Below, piece after piece: positions 18,251-25,806 of a stretch of 64,000 nucleotides of DNA (position 1 is the first letter of the stretch; each line of letters starts with the position of its first letter). The DNA comes from an uncultured Dehalococcoidia bacterium. GTDB taxonomy: Bacteria > Chloroflexota > Dehalococcoidia > Lucifugimonadales > UBA1127. A program made the position numbers and the translations under genes. Under the pieces are notes generated by a model. That model was not told the origin of the DNA. It worked only from the letters and a program-made list of their open reading frames with translations, and did no database searches. The stretch is taken from positions 1,387,279-1,451,278 of the forward strand of contig OX638292.1 in assembly GCA_951812285.1 (NCBI GenBank), read 5' to 3'.

Positions 18251-18463
18251 CAAGAGCGAGACGCACATCGTCCGTAGCCAGTACCGCGCCCAGGCCCTTC
18301 CGACCGCTCAATTGGCGGGGAATTGTCGACGTAGCAGATTGCGCTCTCCATACGTGGAGGCTAGACGAGGACGTGGCTAAAGGGCAATGAGCTCGTGTCA
18401 GGGTGGCGCAGATCAGGGAGTACGCGCATCCTCGCGGGCGACGTGAGCGGGAGAGGGCGCAGC

Positions 18464-18492
18464 TTGTTGGGGGTGTGGGGCGCTGCTATAGT
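18464..18492 (+). promoter_or_regulatory. sigma70-type promoter for the tRNA-Arg/tRNA-Pro pair
   Basis: TTGTTG (18464-18469), a 17-nt spacer, then TATAGT (18487-18492). The -10 box ends 9 nt before the mature tRNA 5' end. Confidence 0.5.
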
Positions 18493-18501
18493 GAATGGGT
18501 G

Positions 18502-18573
18502 GCCCCCGTAGCTCAGTGGATAGAGCACCGGCCTCCGGAGCCGGGTGCGGGCGTTCGAGTCGCCCCGGGGGCG
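18502..18573 (+). tRNA. tRNA-Arg (anticodon CCG)
   Basis: Hand-folded cloverleaf: acceptor GCCCCCG/CGGGGGC, D arm GCTC-AGTGGATA-GAGC, anticodon arm CCGGC-CTCCGGA-GCCGG, T arm GGGCG-TTCGAGT-CGCCC. No encoded CCA. Confidence 0.88.
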
Positions 18574-18587
18574 CTCCACCAACCCTT

Positions 18588-18662
18588 CGGGGCGTAGCGC
18601 AGCGGTAGCGCGCTTGGTTTGGGACCAAGAGGTCGGCAGTTCAAACCTGCCCGCCCCGACCA
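18588..18662 (+). tRNA. tRNA-Pro (anticodon UGG)
   Basis: Acceptor CGGGGCG/CGCCCCG, anticodon arm CTTGG-TTTGGGA-CCAAG, T arm GGCAG-TTCAAAC-CTGCC. Encoded ACCA end. Confidence 0.88.
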
Positions 18663-18730
18663 TCACTTCTTTTCCGACCACCGTTCAGGTTTGCCTCATT
18701 CCCCGGCAAAGGGGCGCGGCGAGTCGCCGT

Positions 18731-18802
18731 TTAACGCCTTGTGAAGCCTCCGTTAAGGGTCGCCCCAATGGATTACACCGCCGACGCCGACGCGAGTAGA
18801 AT
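18731..18802 (+). promoter_or_regulatory. phoP promoter region with phased TTAAC/TTAAG boxes
   Basis: TTAACG (18731-18736) and TTAAGG (18753-18758) lie 22 nt apart. They are followed by TTACAC (18773-18778), an 18-nt spacer, and TAGAAT (18797-18802). Confidence 0.4.
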
Positions 18803-18846
18803 ACGGGCAACAGCCTGCCCACCACTCATTCGCAGGGAGGTCGCCC

Positions 18847-19545
18847 ATGGCCGAAGGCACGGTCCTGGTCATTGAAGACGAGGAGAACCTGCAGGAAGCG
18901 CTCAAGTACAATTTGGAGCGGGAAGGCTACGACGTGCTCACGGCGAGCGACGGCGAGCGCGGCCTAAGCCTTGCGCGGGACAAAAGGCCGGACCTGGTGA
19001 TCCTCGACATCATGCTGCCGGTGCTGGACGGCTTGGAGGTGTGCCGCATACTGCGGCGCGAGCACGACACGCCCATTATCATGCTGACCGCCAAGGGTGA
19101 AGAGGTGGATCGTGTCGTGGGACTCGAGCTCGGGGCGGACGATTACATAACCAAGCCGTTCAGCATGCGGGAGCTGCTTGCGCGGCTGCGCTCCGTTCTC
19201 CGCCGGACGCGCAACCAATCACGCGAGGACACGCTGCCCTCCAGCGAACTCCTCACGTCCGGCGACCTGCAAGTCGACCTGGCGGGGCACACGGTGAGGC
19301 TCGGGGACAAGGAGCTGGAGCTCAAACCGCGGGAATTCGACCTGCTGGCCCTGCTCGTCGCAAACAAGGGGCGGGCGTTCACGCGGGACCAGATCCTTGA
19401 GCGACTGTGGGGACAGGACTACATCGGCGACGCGCGCACGGTCGACGTACACATCCGTTGGATCAGGCAAAAATTGGAGACCGTGCCGGGGAGCCCCAAC
19501 CGAATCGTGACAATCAGGGGTGTTGGGTATAGATTTCAGGGATGA
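18847..19545 (+). CDS. phoP: OmpR/PhoB-family response regulator
   Basis: 232 aa. Receiver domain (DLVILDIMLP, phospho-acceptor Asp context) plus a winged-helix C-terminus (RTVDVHIRWIRQKLE...IVTIRGVGYRF). The adjacent kinase and pst genes support a Pho role. Confidence 0.88.
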   Translation: MAEGTVLVIEDEENLQEALKYNLEREGYDVLTASDGERGLSLARDKRPDLVILDIMLPVLDGLEVCRILRREHDTPIIMLTAKGEEVDRVVGLELGADDYITKPFSMRELLARLRSVLRRTRNQSREDTLPSSELLTSGDLQVDLAGHTVRLGDKELELKPREFDLLALLVANKGRAFTRDQILERLWGQDYIGDARTVDVHIRWIRQKLETVPGSPNRIVTIRGVGYRFQG

Positions 19546-20936
19546 AGCTGCCGCGTGGGTTCCACTGGCGCGTGGTCCTGGTGTTCGCGGCCCTGACCGC
19601 CCTCACCGTATTTGTCGCTGCGCTCAGCCTCCTCGGCTTCATGCCCGACGCCACAACCGCCACGCAGGAACGCATCACCTTCACGTTCCTTGGGGCAGGG
19701 GCCGCCGCAATAGCCCTGTTGCTGATCATGGAAGTGGTGGTTGCTTCCATGACGCGAAGGTCGTTCGACCGCGTGACCGTCTCCGCGCGACGCATAGCGC
19801 AGGGTGAGCTGGACCACCGCGCGGAGGTGTCCGCCTCCAGCGAGACCAGCGATCTGGCCTTTGCCGTCAACCGCATGGCGACCTCGCTCCGGGACATCAT
19901 CCGCGACCTCGCGGGCGAACGCGACACGGTCTCGGCCGTGCTCGAAACGATGGTGGACGGCGTCATGGTAGTGGGTACGCAGGGACGCATCCAACTCGTC
20001 AACCCGGCGGCGCTCCTGCTCCTGGGTCTCCGGCAAGAGGACGTCGGAACGCGGGAGTACGGCGAGGTCATCAGGGATCCGGACCTGCGCGAGTTGGTGA
20101 CGAAGTGCCAGCGGTCCGGCATCCGGCAGTCGGCGGAGGTGGACCTAATCCAGGCGGGGCACTTTATACCCGTCAACATCATCGCGACGCCCCTGCCCGG
20201 CAGCGCGCCGCCGGAGGTGCTCCTTACCCTTCACGACCTCCGAATGCTACGGCAGCTCGAATCGACGCGCAGGGAGTTCGTCAGCAACGTCTCGCACGAA
20301 CTCAAGAGCCCGCTGGCGTCGGTGCGGCTGATGACGGAGACCCTCGAGGACGGGGCCGTCACGGAAGAGGCCATCGCGCGGGACTTTCTGGGGCGCATTC
20401 GGCGCGAGGTGGACCGGATGAACGCCCTGGTTGACGACCTGCTGGAGCTGGCGCGGATCGAGAGCGGCCGGGAGCCGGAACCGCACGTCCCGATGCAGAT
20501 AGCCCCGGTGATGGAGGAGGCCATTGGCCGATTTCGAGTAGCGGCGGCGCAGAAGGGCGTGCGACTGGAGCACGTTGAGCCGCCGCACCTGCCGGCCGTC
20601 CTCGCCAACGAGGGGCGCATCGGGCAAGTGTTGGTCAACCTCCTCGAGAACGCGCTCAAGTGGACGGAGGCCGGAGGCCGAATTCGGCTCTCGGTGGAGG
20701 AGGAGGCCAAAGCAATCAGGGTACTGGTGCAAGACACGGGGGTGGGCATAGCGTCGGAGGACCTGCCGCACGTCTTCGAGCGGTTCTACAAGGTGGACCG
20801 CGCGCGACGGGACGGCGGGACTGGGCTAGGGCTGGCCATCGTCAAGCACATCGTGCAGCTCTACGGCGGCGAGGTCTCGGCGGACAGCAGGCTCGGTGAG
20901 GGGAGCACGTTCACGTTCACGGTGCCGCTGGCGTAA
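19542..20936 (+). CDS. phoR: sensor histidine kinase (PhoR-like: TM-HAMP-PAS-HisKA-HATPase)
   Basis: 464 aa. H-box FVSNVSHELKSPL and N/G boxes (LLENALKWT, DTGVGI, GTGLGLAIV). 4-nt overlap with the regulator gene. Confidence 0.88.
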   Translation: MKLPRGFHWRVVLVFAALTALTVFVAALSLLGFMPDATTATQERITFTFLGAGAAAIALLLIMEVVVASMTRRSFDRVTVSARRIAQGELDHRAEVSASSETSDLAFAVNRMATSLRDIIRDLAGERDTVSAVLETMVDGVMVVGTQGRIQLVNPAALLLLGLRQEDVGTREYGEVIRDPDLRELVTKCQRSGIRQSAEVDLIQAGHFIPVNIIATPLPGSAPPEVLLTLHDLRMLRQLESTRREFVSNVSHELKSPLASVRLMTETLEDGAVTEEAIARDFLGRIRREVDRMNALVDDLLELARIESGREPEPHVPMQIAPVMEEAIGRFRVAAAQKGVRLEHVEPPHLPAVLANEGRIGQVLVNLLENALKWTEAGGRIRLSVEEEAKAIRVLVQDTGVGIASEDLPHVFERFYKVDRARRDGGTGLGLAIVKHIVQLYGGEVSADSRLGEGSTFTFTVPLA

Positions 20937-20960
20937 GGGGAGCACGCAGGCAACCACAGA

Positions 20961-20986
20961 GGCCCGCCACTGCGGCGGGCTTTTTT
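20961..20986 (+). terminator. rho-independent terminator after phoR
   Basis: GCCCGCC-actgc-GGCGGGC followed by TTTTTT. Confidence 0.8.
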
Positions 20987-21083
20987 CATGCAACCGGTGC
21001 GGAGTCGTTGGCCGAGCGTTAAGGGCGGGGAAACCGGACGTTCACGGGGCGCCCGTACGCTAGGTGGTGAAGGGAGGGCGCCC

Positions 21084-21716
21084 ATGCAGAGAGGTAGTGC
21101 AGACCTTACGCCGACCACCTTCGCCGATCAATGGCGGGCGGGGGTGGGCATCGTGGCACACGAGAGCGCTCATACAGAGGCGCTCTTTTTGGTGGAGCAG
21201 TACATGTGGGTAGCGAGCCGATGCCGGCTGGTGATGAGCCCTGGCCTGGGGCTTCTTTGCGGTAGCGGGCTCGAGCTGGCGGCGCGGTTCACGACGGCGG
21301 GCGTGCAGCAGAGCGCGGAGGACGTAGCTGCCCAGGTGTCGAGCGAGGAGTTGGACGCGGTGGTGTACCTAGCGAACCCGCTCGCCAATCCGCGATGGGA
21401 CGCGGCGCTCCGGACGCTGGTGCGGGCGTGCAACGCGCGGAATGTGCCGCTGGCGACCAACGCAGCCACGGCGCGGGCGGTGCTGGCCGAGCTTGGCGCG
21501 CGGCTGCTGCGGGCGGCGGAAGAGACAGTCACAAGAGGTAGAAAGGAGGACTCGTTTGACAACAGGAACCACGGAAACCCCGGCGCCGCCGAAGAGGCGG
21601 CTGCGGCTGCTGCCGCGGCTTCGGACACGGGTGAAACGGCTCTGGCGCAGGACAAGGTCGCTAGCGCGGCTGTCGCCGGCATGTTCCCGCTGCGGGGGGA
21701 GCTTGGCCTTGACTGA
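21084..21716 (+). CDS. methylglyoxal synthase-like (MGS-like) domain protein with an Ala-rich tail
   Basis: ATG 21084 preceded by GGGAGG. VGIVAHE...DAVVYLANPL...WDAALRTLVRACNARNVPLATNAATA resembles the MGS-like fold, but the catalytic motifs I remember are not obvious. The C-terminus is low complexity (AAEEAAAAAAAAS). Confidence 0.5.
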   Translation: MQRGSADLTPTTFADQWRAGVGIVAHESAHTEALFLVEQYMWVASRCRLVMSPGLGLLCGSGLELAARFTTAGVQQSAEDVAAQVSSEELDAVVYLANPLANPRWDAALRTLVRACNARNVPLATNAATARAVLAELGARLLRAAEETVTRGRKEDSFDNRNHGNPGAAEEAAAAAAAASDTGETALAQDKVASAAVAGMFPLRGELGLD

Positions 21717-21845
21717 CTACTCGTCGTGCGAGAGCGGTCTGGGCACCGTGACGGTGGAGCAACGGTGGGCGTGCCGGTCTTGCAGGAGCGAACAGCAGCG
21801 CTGGCGGTTCTACGGCGCGGACTCCGATTGGACCGGCGTTTGAGC

Positions 21846-21900
21846 GTTAACCGAGCCTTAACCTCAACGTCAATTCAGGTTAACCCAGAGGGGTTAGGGT
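21846..21900 (+). promoter_or_regulatory. Pho-box-like array upstream of pstS
   Basis: TTAACC at 21847, 21858 and 21880 (11-nt and 22-nt phasing). TAGGGT (21895-21900) follows 9 nt after the last box. Confidence 0.5.
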
Positions 21901-21934
21901 AGGTATGAGACCAAGAGAAGAAGGAGGAGCATAC

Positions 21935-22963
21935 ATGCGTGTCTCGTTCAGAGTAAAGACTCTCGGCCTGGTTGCCCTGGGGGCGGTCATCGCCCTGTCC
22001 CTCGGCCTCGCGGCCTGCAGCGATGACGACGGGGGAAGCACCGCAGTCAGCAGCGCGGCAAGCACCGCAGCAAGCAGCACGACAAGCACCGCAGCAAGCA
22101 GCACGGGAAGCACTGCAGTCGAAAGCGAAAGGCTTCGCGGCTCCATAGAGATCGACGGCTCGAGCACGGTCGAGCCTATCACGGCCGCTGTGGCGGAGGA
22201 GTTCAAGAAGCTGCACGATGGCGTGAACCCGAACGTGGCGGTCTCCGGGACCGGCGGCGGCTTCAAGCGGTTCACGGTCGGCGAGACTGCCATCTCCAAC
22301 GCATCCCGGCCAATCAAGGAAGCTGAGGCTGCAGACGCCGCGGCCAACGGCGTCGAGTACGTCGAGATCCTGGTGGCGGTGGACGGCCTGACCGTAGTGG
22401 TCAACCCGAACAATGACTTCGCCACCTGCATGACGGTGGACGAGCTCAAGGCGATGTGGGAGCCGGGTTCCGAGGTCAACAACTGGAACCAGGTCAACTC
22501 GAGCTTCCCCGACCAGAATCTGACCCTGTACGGTCCGGACACGGACTCGGGCACGTTCGACTACTTCACCGAGGAGATCGTGGGTGAGGCGCAGGCCAGC
22601 CGTGCGGACTACAGCCCGAACGCCAACGACAACATTCTGGTGCAGGGCATCTCGGGCGACGAGAACGCGCTGGGGTACTTCGGGTTTGCTTACTACCTAG
22701 AGAACCAGAGCCGGCTGAACGCGGTTGCCATCGACAACGGAAACGGCTGCGTGGCGCCGACGCCGGAGTCGATCAAGAGCGGTGACTACACGCCGCTGTC
22801 GCGGCCGCTGTTCATCTACGTGAACACGGCCGAGCTAGAGAGGCCAGAAGTGCGGGCGTTCGTGGAGTACTACCTGGACGAGGCCGGCGCGCTGGCCGCG
22901 GAAGTTGGATATGTATCACTAACTGACGCTGAATACGCGGAAGGCAGGGCCAAAATCCAGTAA
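21935..22963 (+). CDS. pstS: phosphate ABC transporter substrate-binding lipoprotein
   Basis: ATG 21935 preceded by AGGAGG. Lipobox LSLGLAAC, a Ser/Thr/Ala-rich linker, then the PstS-family core ([20 protein letters not shown]...). Confidence 0.9.
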   Translation: MRVSFRVKTLGLVALGAVIALSLGLAACSDDDGGSTAVSSAASTAASSTTSTAASSTGSTAVESERLRGSIEIDGSSTVEPITAAVAEEFKKLHDGVNPNVAVSGTGGGFKRFTVGETAISNASRPIKEAEAADAAANGVEYVEILVAVDGLTVVVNPNNDFATCMTVDELKAMWEPGSEVNNWNQVNSSFPDQNLTLYGPDTDSGTFDYFTEEIVGEAQASRADYSPNANDNILVQGISGDENALGYFGFAYYLENQSRLNAVAIDNGNGCVAPTPESIKSGDYTPLSRPLFIYVNTAELERPEVRAFVEYYLDEAGALAAEVGYVSLTDAEYAEGRAKIQ

Positions 22964-23043
22964 GATACATTTCGGTTGGACGGGGGAGGCACCCTCCACG
23001 CGGAGGATGCCTCCCGCTTCCGGCTTGCAGGGGGTACCCCGCA

Positions 23044-23997
23044 TTGGCAATCCATGAGAGGGGCGTAAACGCCGGAACCTTGGGCGCACAAGAAAGCAGC
23101 GCATATTCATACCGCCTCCGACGGAGGATGATCGAGGGGCAGGTGATGAAGTACATCTTCTTCACCTGCGCCGTGCTATCCATCGCGACGACCGTCGGGA
23201 TCCTGTTCAGCCTGGCCAGCCAGGCGTGGGGCTTCTTCCAGGAGATCGGTGTCTTCGAGTTTCTGACGGGGACGACGTGGCAGCCAATCCTGAAGCCCAC
23301 GTCGTTCGGCGTGCTGCCGCTGGTGTCTGGCACGATGCTCGTCGCGGTGCTGGGCGCGCTCGTGGCGGTGCCGGTCGGGCTGGGGACGGCGATCTATCTG
23401 GCCGAGTACGCCCCCGATAAAGCCCGCCGGGTGCTCAAGCCGTTCCTGGAGATCCTGGCGGGCATCCCCACGGTTGTGTACGGGTACTTTGCCATCACCT
23501 TCGTGACGCCGCTGCTGCAGACCTTCATCGGCGGGCTGCCCATCTGGAACGCGCTGAGCGCGGGGCTTGTCATGGGGCTCATGATCATTCCGATCGTCTC
23601 ATCGCTGAGCGAGGACGCGATGGTGGCGGTGCCGCGGTCGCTGCGCGAGGCGGCGTTCGCGCTGGGGGCGACGCGCATCGAGGTGGCGCTGAAGGTTGTC
23701 GTGCCGGCGGCGCTATCGGGGATCGTGGCGGCGTTCATCCTCGCGATCTCGCGCGCCATCGGCGAGACGATGCTGGTGACGATCGCGGCGGGCGCGCGGC
23801 CGAACCTGACGTTCAACCCGACCGAGCAGATCCAGACGATGACGGGCTACATCGTGCAGGTGAGCCAGGGCGAGGCCGCCCACGGGTCGGTCGAGTACAA
23901 CACCCTCTTTGCGGTGGGGCTGCTGCTGTTCTTCATGACCCTTGCCATGAACCTTGCGGGGCACTTCATCGTGCGGCGCTGGCAGGAGCGGTACTAA
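23044..23997 (+). CDS. pstC: phosphate ABC transporter permease PstC
   Basis: 317 aa, 6 TM, with the EAA-like loop [25 protein letters not shown]. Confidence 0.9.
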   Translation: MAIHERGVNAGTLGAQESSAYSYRLRRRMIEGQVMKYIFFTCAVLSIATTVGILFSLASQAWGFFQEIGVFEFLTGTTWQPILKPTSFGVLPLVSGTMLVAVLGALVAVPVGLGTAIYLAEYAPDKARRVLKPFLEILAGIPTVVYGYFAITFVTPLLQTFIGGLPIWNALSAGLVMGLMIIPIVSSLSEDAMVAVPRSLREAAFALGATRIEVALKVVVPAALSGIVAAFILAISRAIGETMLVTIAAGARPNLTFNPTEQIQTMTGYIVQVSQGEAAHGSVEYNTLFAVGLLLFFMTLAMNLAGHFIVRRWQERY

Positions 23998-24881
23998 TGG
24001 CGACGCAGAGCACGAAATTCAACCCGAGGCTGGAGATCCGGAAGCTTACCGGCAGTCTGTACGTCGGGCTCTTCATACTCTGCGTCCTGGTGGGCGTGGT
24101 AGGGCTGGCGACGCTGCTCATCTCCGTGCTGGTTGACGGACTGCCCTCGCTGACCTTGAATTTCCTGACCACCAAGTCTACGTCGCGGTTCGCCGAGCAG
24201 TCGGGGGTGCTTTCGGCGATGGCGGGGACGGCGTGGATCATGTTCTGGACGGCGCTGTTCACGGTGCCGGTAGGCGTGGGGGCCGCGGTGTACCTCGAGG
24301 AGTACGCGGCCAAGAACAAGTTCACGAATTTCATCGAGGTCAATATCGCCAACCTGGCCGGCGTGCCGTCCATCGTGTACGGGCTGCTGGGGCTGGCGGT
24401 GTTCGTGCAGTACCTGTCGCTGGGGCGCAGCATCCTGGCGGCGGGACTGACACTGTCGCTGCTGGTGCTGCCCATCGTGATCCTCGCGTCGCGGGAGGCA
24501 ATCCGGGCGGTGCCGTGGTCGCACAGGGAGGCGGCATACGGGCTCGGTGCAACGCAGTGGGAGGTAGTGCGCAGCGTCGTGCTGCCGGCGGCGGTGCCGG
24601 GCATCGCGACGGGGACGATCCTCGCGCTGTCGCGGGCCATTGGCGAGGCGGCGCCCATCGTTGTGATCGCGGCGGTGGTGTTCATCACGTTCGTGCCGGC
24701 GACGCCGCTGGACCGGTTCACGGTGCTGCCGGTGCAGATCTACAACTGGGTCAACCGGCCGCAACCGGAATTCCAAGGTCTGGCGGCGGCGGGCATCATT
24801 GTGCTGCTGGTCATGCTGCTTTCGATGAATGCGGCGGCGGTGTATATCCGCAACCGCTTCCAGAAGCGTTCTGAGGAGTGA
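23997..24881 (+). CDS. pstA: phosphate ABC transporter permease PstA
   Basis: 294 aa. [26 protein letters not shown] loop. Start overlaps the pstC stop. Confidence 0.9.
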   Translation: MATQSTKFNPRLEIRKLTGSLYVGLFILCVLVGVVGLATLLISVLVDGLPSLTLNFLTTKSTSRFAEQSGVLSAMAGTAWIMFWTALFTVPVGVGAAVYLEEYAAKNKFTNFIEVNIANLAGVPSIVYGLLGLAVFVQYLSLGRSILAAGLTLSLLVLPIVILASREAIRAVPWSHREAAYGLGATQWEVVRSVVLPAAVPGIATGTILALSRAIGEAAPIVVIAAVVFITFVPATPLDRFTVLPVQIYNWVNRPQPEFQGLAAAGIIVLLVMLLSMNAAAVYIRNRFQKRSEE

Positions 24882-24884
24882 CAT

Positions 24885-25260
24885 CAGGGGACTCTCATCA
24901 ACAAACAGACCCCTCCTTCGACAGGCCCCGGCTCGCCCCCCGGGGCCTGTTTCCGTACAGGCGGGTTTCCTTGACGCCCCATAGGGGCAACCCGATACTG
25001 ACAACGGGGTGGGCGTGCGGCAATTGCCGTTGAGCCCGGGAGGCTGGGGTCCCGCCCTCGTATCGGGGTACGGGGCGAGCTTCGCGGGAATGACGCGTGC
25101 GTGGGAGGGAGGGGTTGGGAGCGGGGACGGCCCCTCCCGTCCGCCCCTGCCCTGGGTCCCCGCTTTCGCGGGAACGACGGGGGGCGGGGGTGGAGACAGC
25201 CCCTCGCTTCCGCCCCTGCCCTGGGTTCCCGTTTTCACGGGAACGACGATGGGGTAGCGG
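24885..25260. repeat. cluster of GC-rich hairpin (REP-like) repeats, including two copies of a unit of about 60 nt
   Basis: Units at 25121-25182 and 25191-25252 end in CCCTGGGT(T/C)CCCG(C/T)TTTC(G/A)CGGGAACGACG (hairpin GTTCCCGC/GCGGGAAC). The upstream part holds other hairpins such as GGGGCAAC-type and CCGTA..TACGG. Confidence 0.75.
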
Positions 25261-25345
25261 GGATGGTGGGATTGGGGTCTGGTCCGACCGTTCATCATGC
25301 GTTGGGCTTGAGCGCCCGCCTTTCGTTTGGATTGGTGCTTGATTG

Positions 25346-25452
25346 CCCCGTAGCTGCGGCTGAGGTTGTTTCGCATTGGATTTGTAGGGGGTTTGTCGCA
25401 TTTCAGCTACAAAGCGGATATTTTTTTCTGGAGTCCCTCTGGAGCATTGCTC
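25346..25452. repeat. AT-rich intergenic element, copy 2 (homologous to 18152..18250)
   Basis: CCCCGTAGCTGCGGCTGAGGTTGTTTCGCATTGGATTTGTAGGGGGTTTGTCGCATTTCAGCTACAAAGCGGATATTTTTTTCTGG..GCATTGCTCC. It shares identical 15-nt and 10-nt blocks with copy 1 and the same TTGTAG-N20-TACAA(A/G) geometry. Confidence 0.6.
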
Positions 25453-25586
25453 CGAACCTCGGTGGTGACACAGGTCGAGCTGCTCACCGGCGTTGAGAGT
25501 CGTGCGCCGACGCTGATGGGCTTGGTGGCGGTGGTGGTCTGTGCTTGCATGGGGAGAGGGTAGCGGGGGGAGTGGCTTTCGCGCGA

Positions 25587-25785
25587 GGGGTCTGTGTCAG
25601 GGTCTTCGGCGGAGCGCGGGGACGGCCCCCCTCGTCCGCCGCGGCCCTGGGTTCCCGCTTTTGCGGGAACGACGGGGGCGCGCGGGGGGTCTGTGTCAGG
25701 GTCTTCGGCGGAGCGCGGGGACGGCCCCCCGCTTCCGCCCCTGCCCTGGGTTCCCGCTTTCGCGGGAACGACGGGGGTAGGGGCA
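25587..25785. repeat. two tandem 99-nt repeat copies directly upstream of the molybdopterin subunit gene
   Basis: TCTGTGTCAGGGTCTTCGGCGGAGCGCGGGGACGGCCCCCC...CCCTGGGTTCCCGCTTT(T/C)GCGGGAACGACGGGGG begins at 25591 and again at 25690. Each copy contains the 60-nt unit. Confidence 0.8.
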
Positions 25786-25806
25786 CATCGATACGAGGAG
25801 GGAGCC

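Noticed and set aside
20988-21083. Longer start (20988) for the MGS-like protein
   Set aside because: That start would begin inside the phoR terminator T-tract. The ATG at 21084 has a GGGAGG RBS and lies downstream of the putative Pho-box promoter.
25009-25496. Short ORFs inside repeat clusters (25009..25257, 25097..25342, 25101..25496, 50155..50490, 50180..50503, 28207..28611)
   Set aside because: Their sequences are translations of REP-like units (PWVPAFAGTTGG, RFRGNDGG, IPAKAGIQ). They have no RBS and overlap one another in several frames.
25587-25785. Possible CRISPR or coding repeat upstream of the molybdopterin subunit gene
   Set aside because: There are only two 99-nt copies in direct tandem, made of the same 60-nt intergenic unit found elsewhere. 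The ORFs through them (25545..26891, the 5' part of 25594..28092) translate low-complexity Gly/Arg/Pro strings, and the real start at 25807 has a strong RBS.
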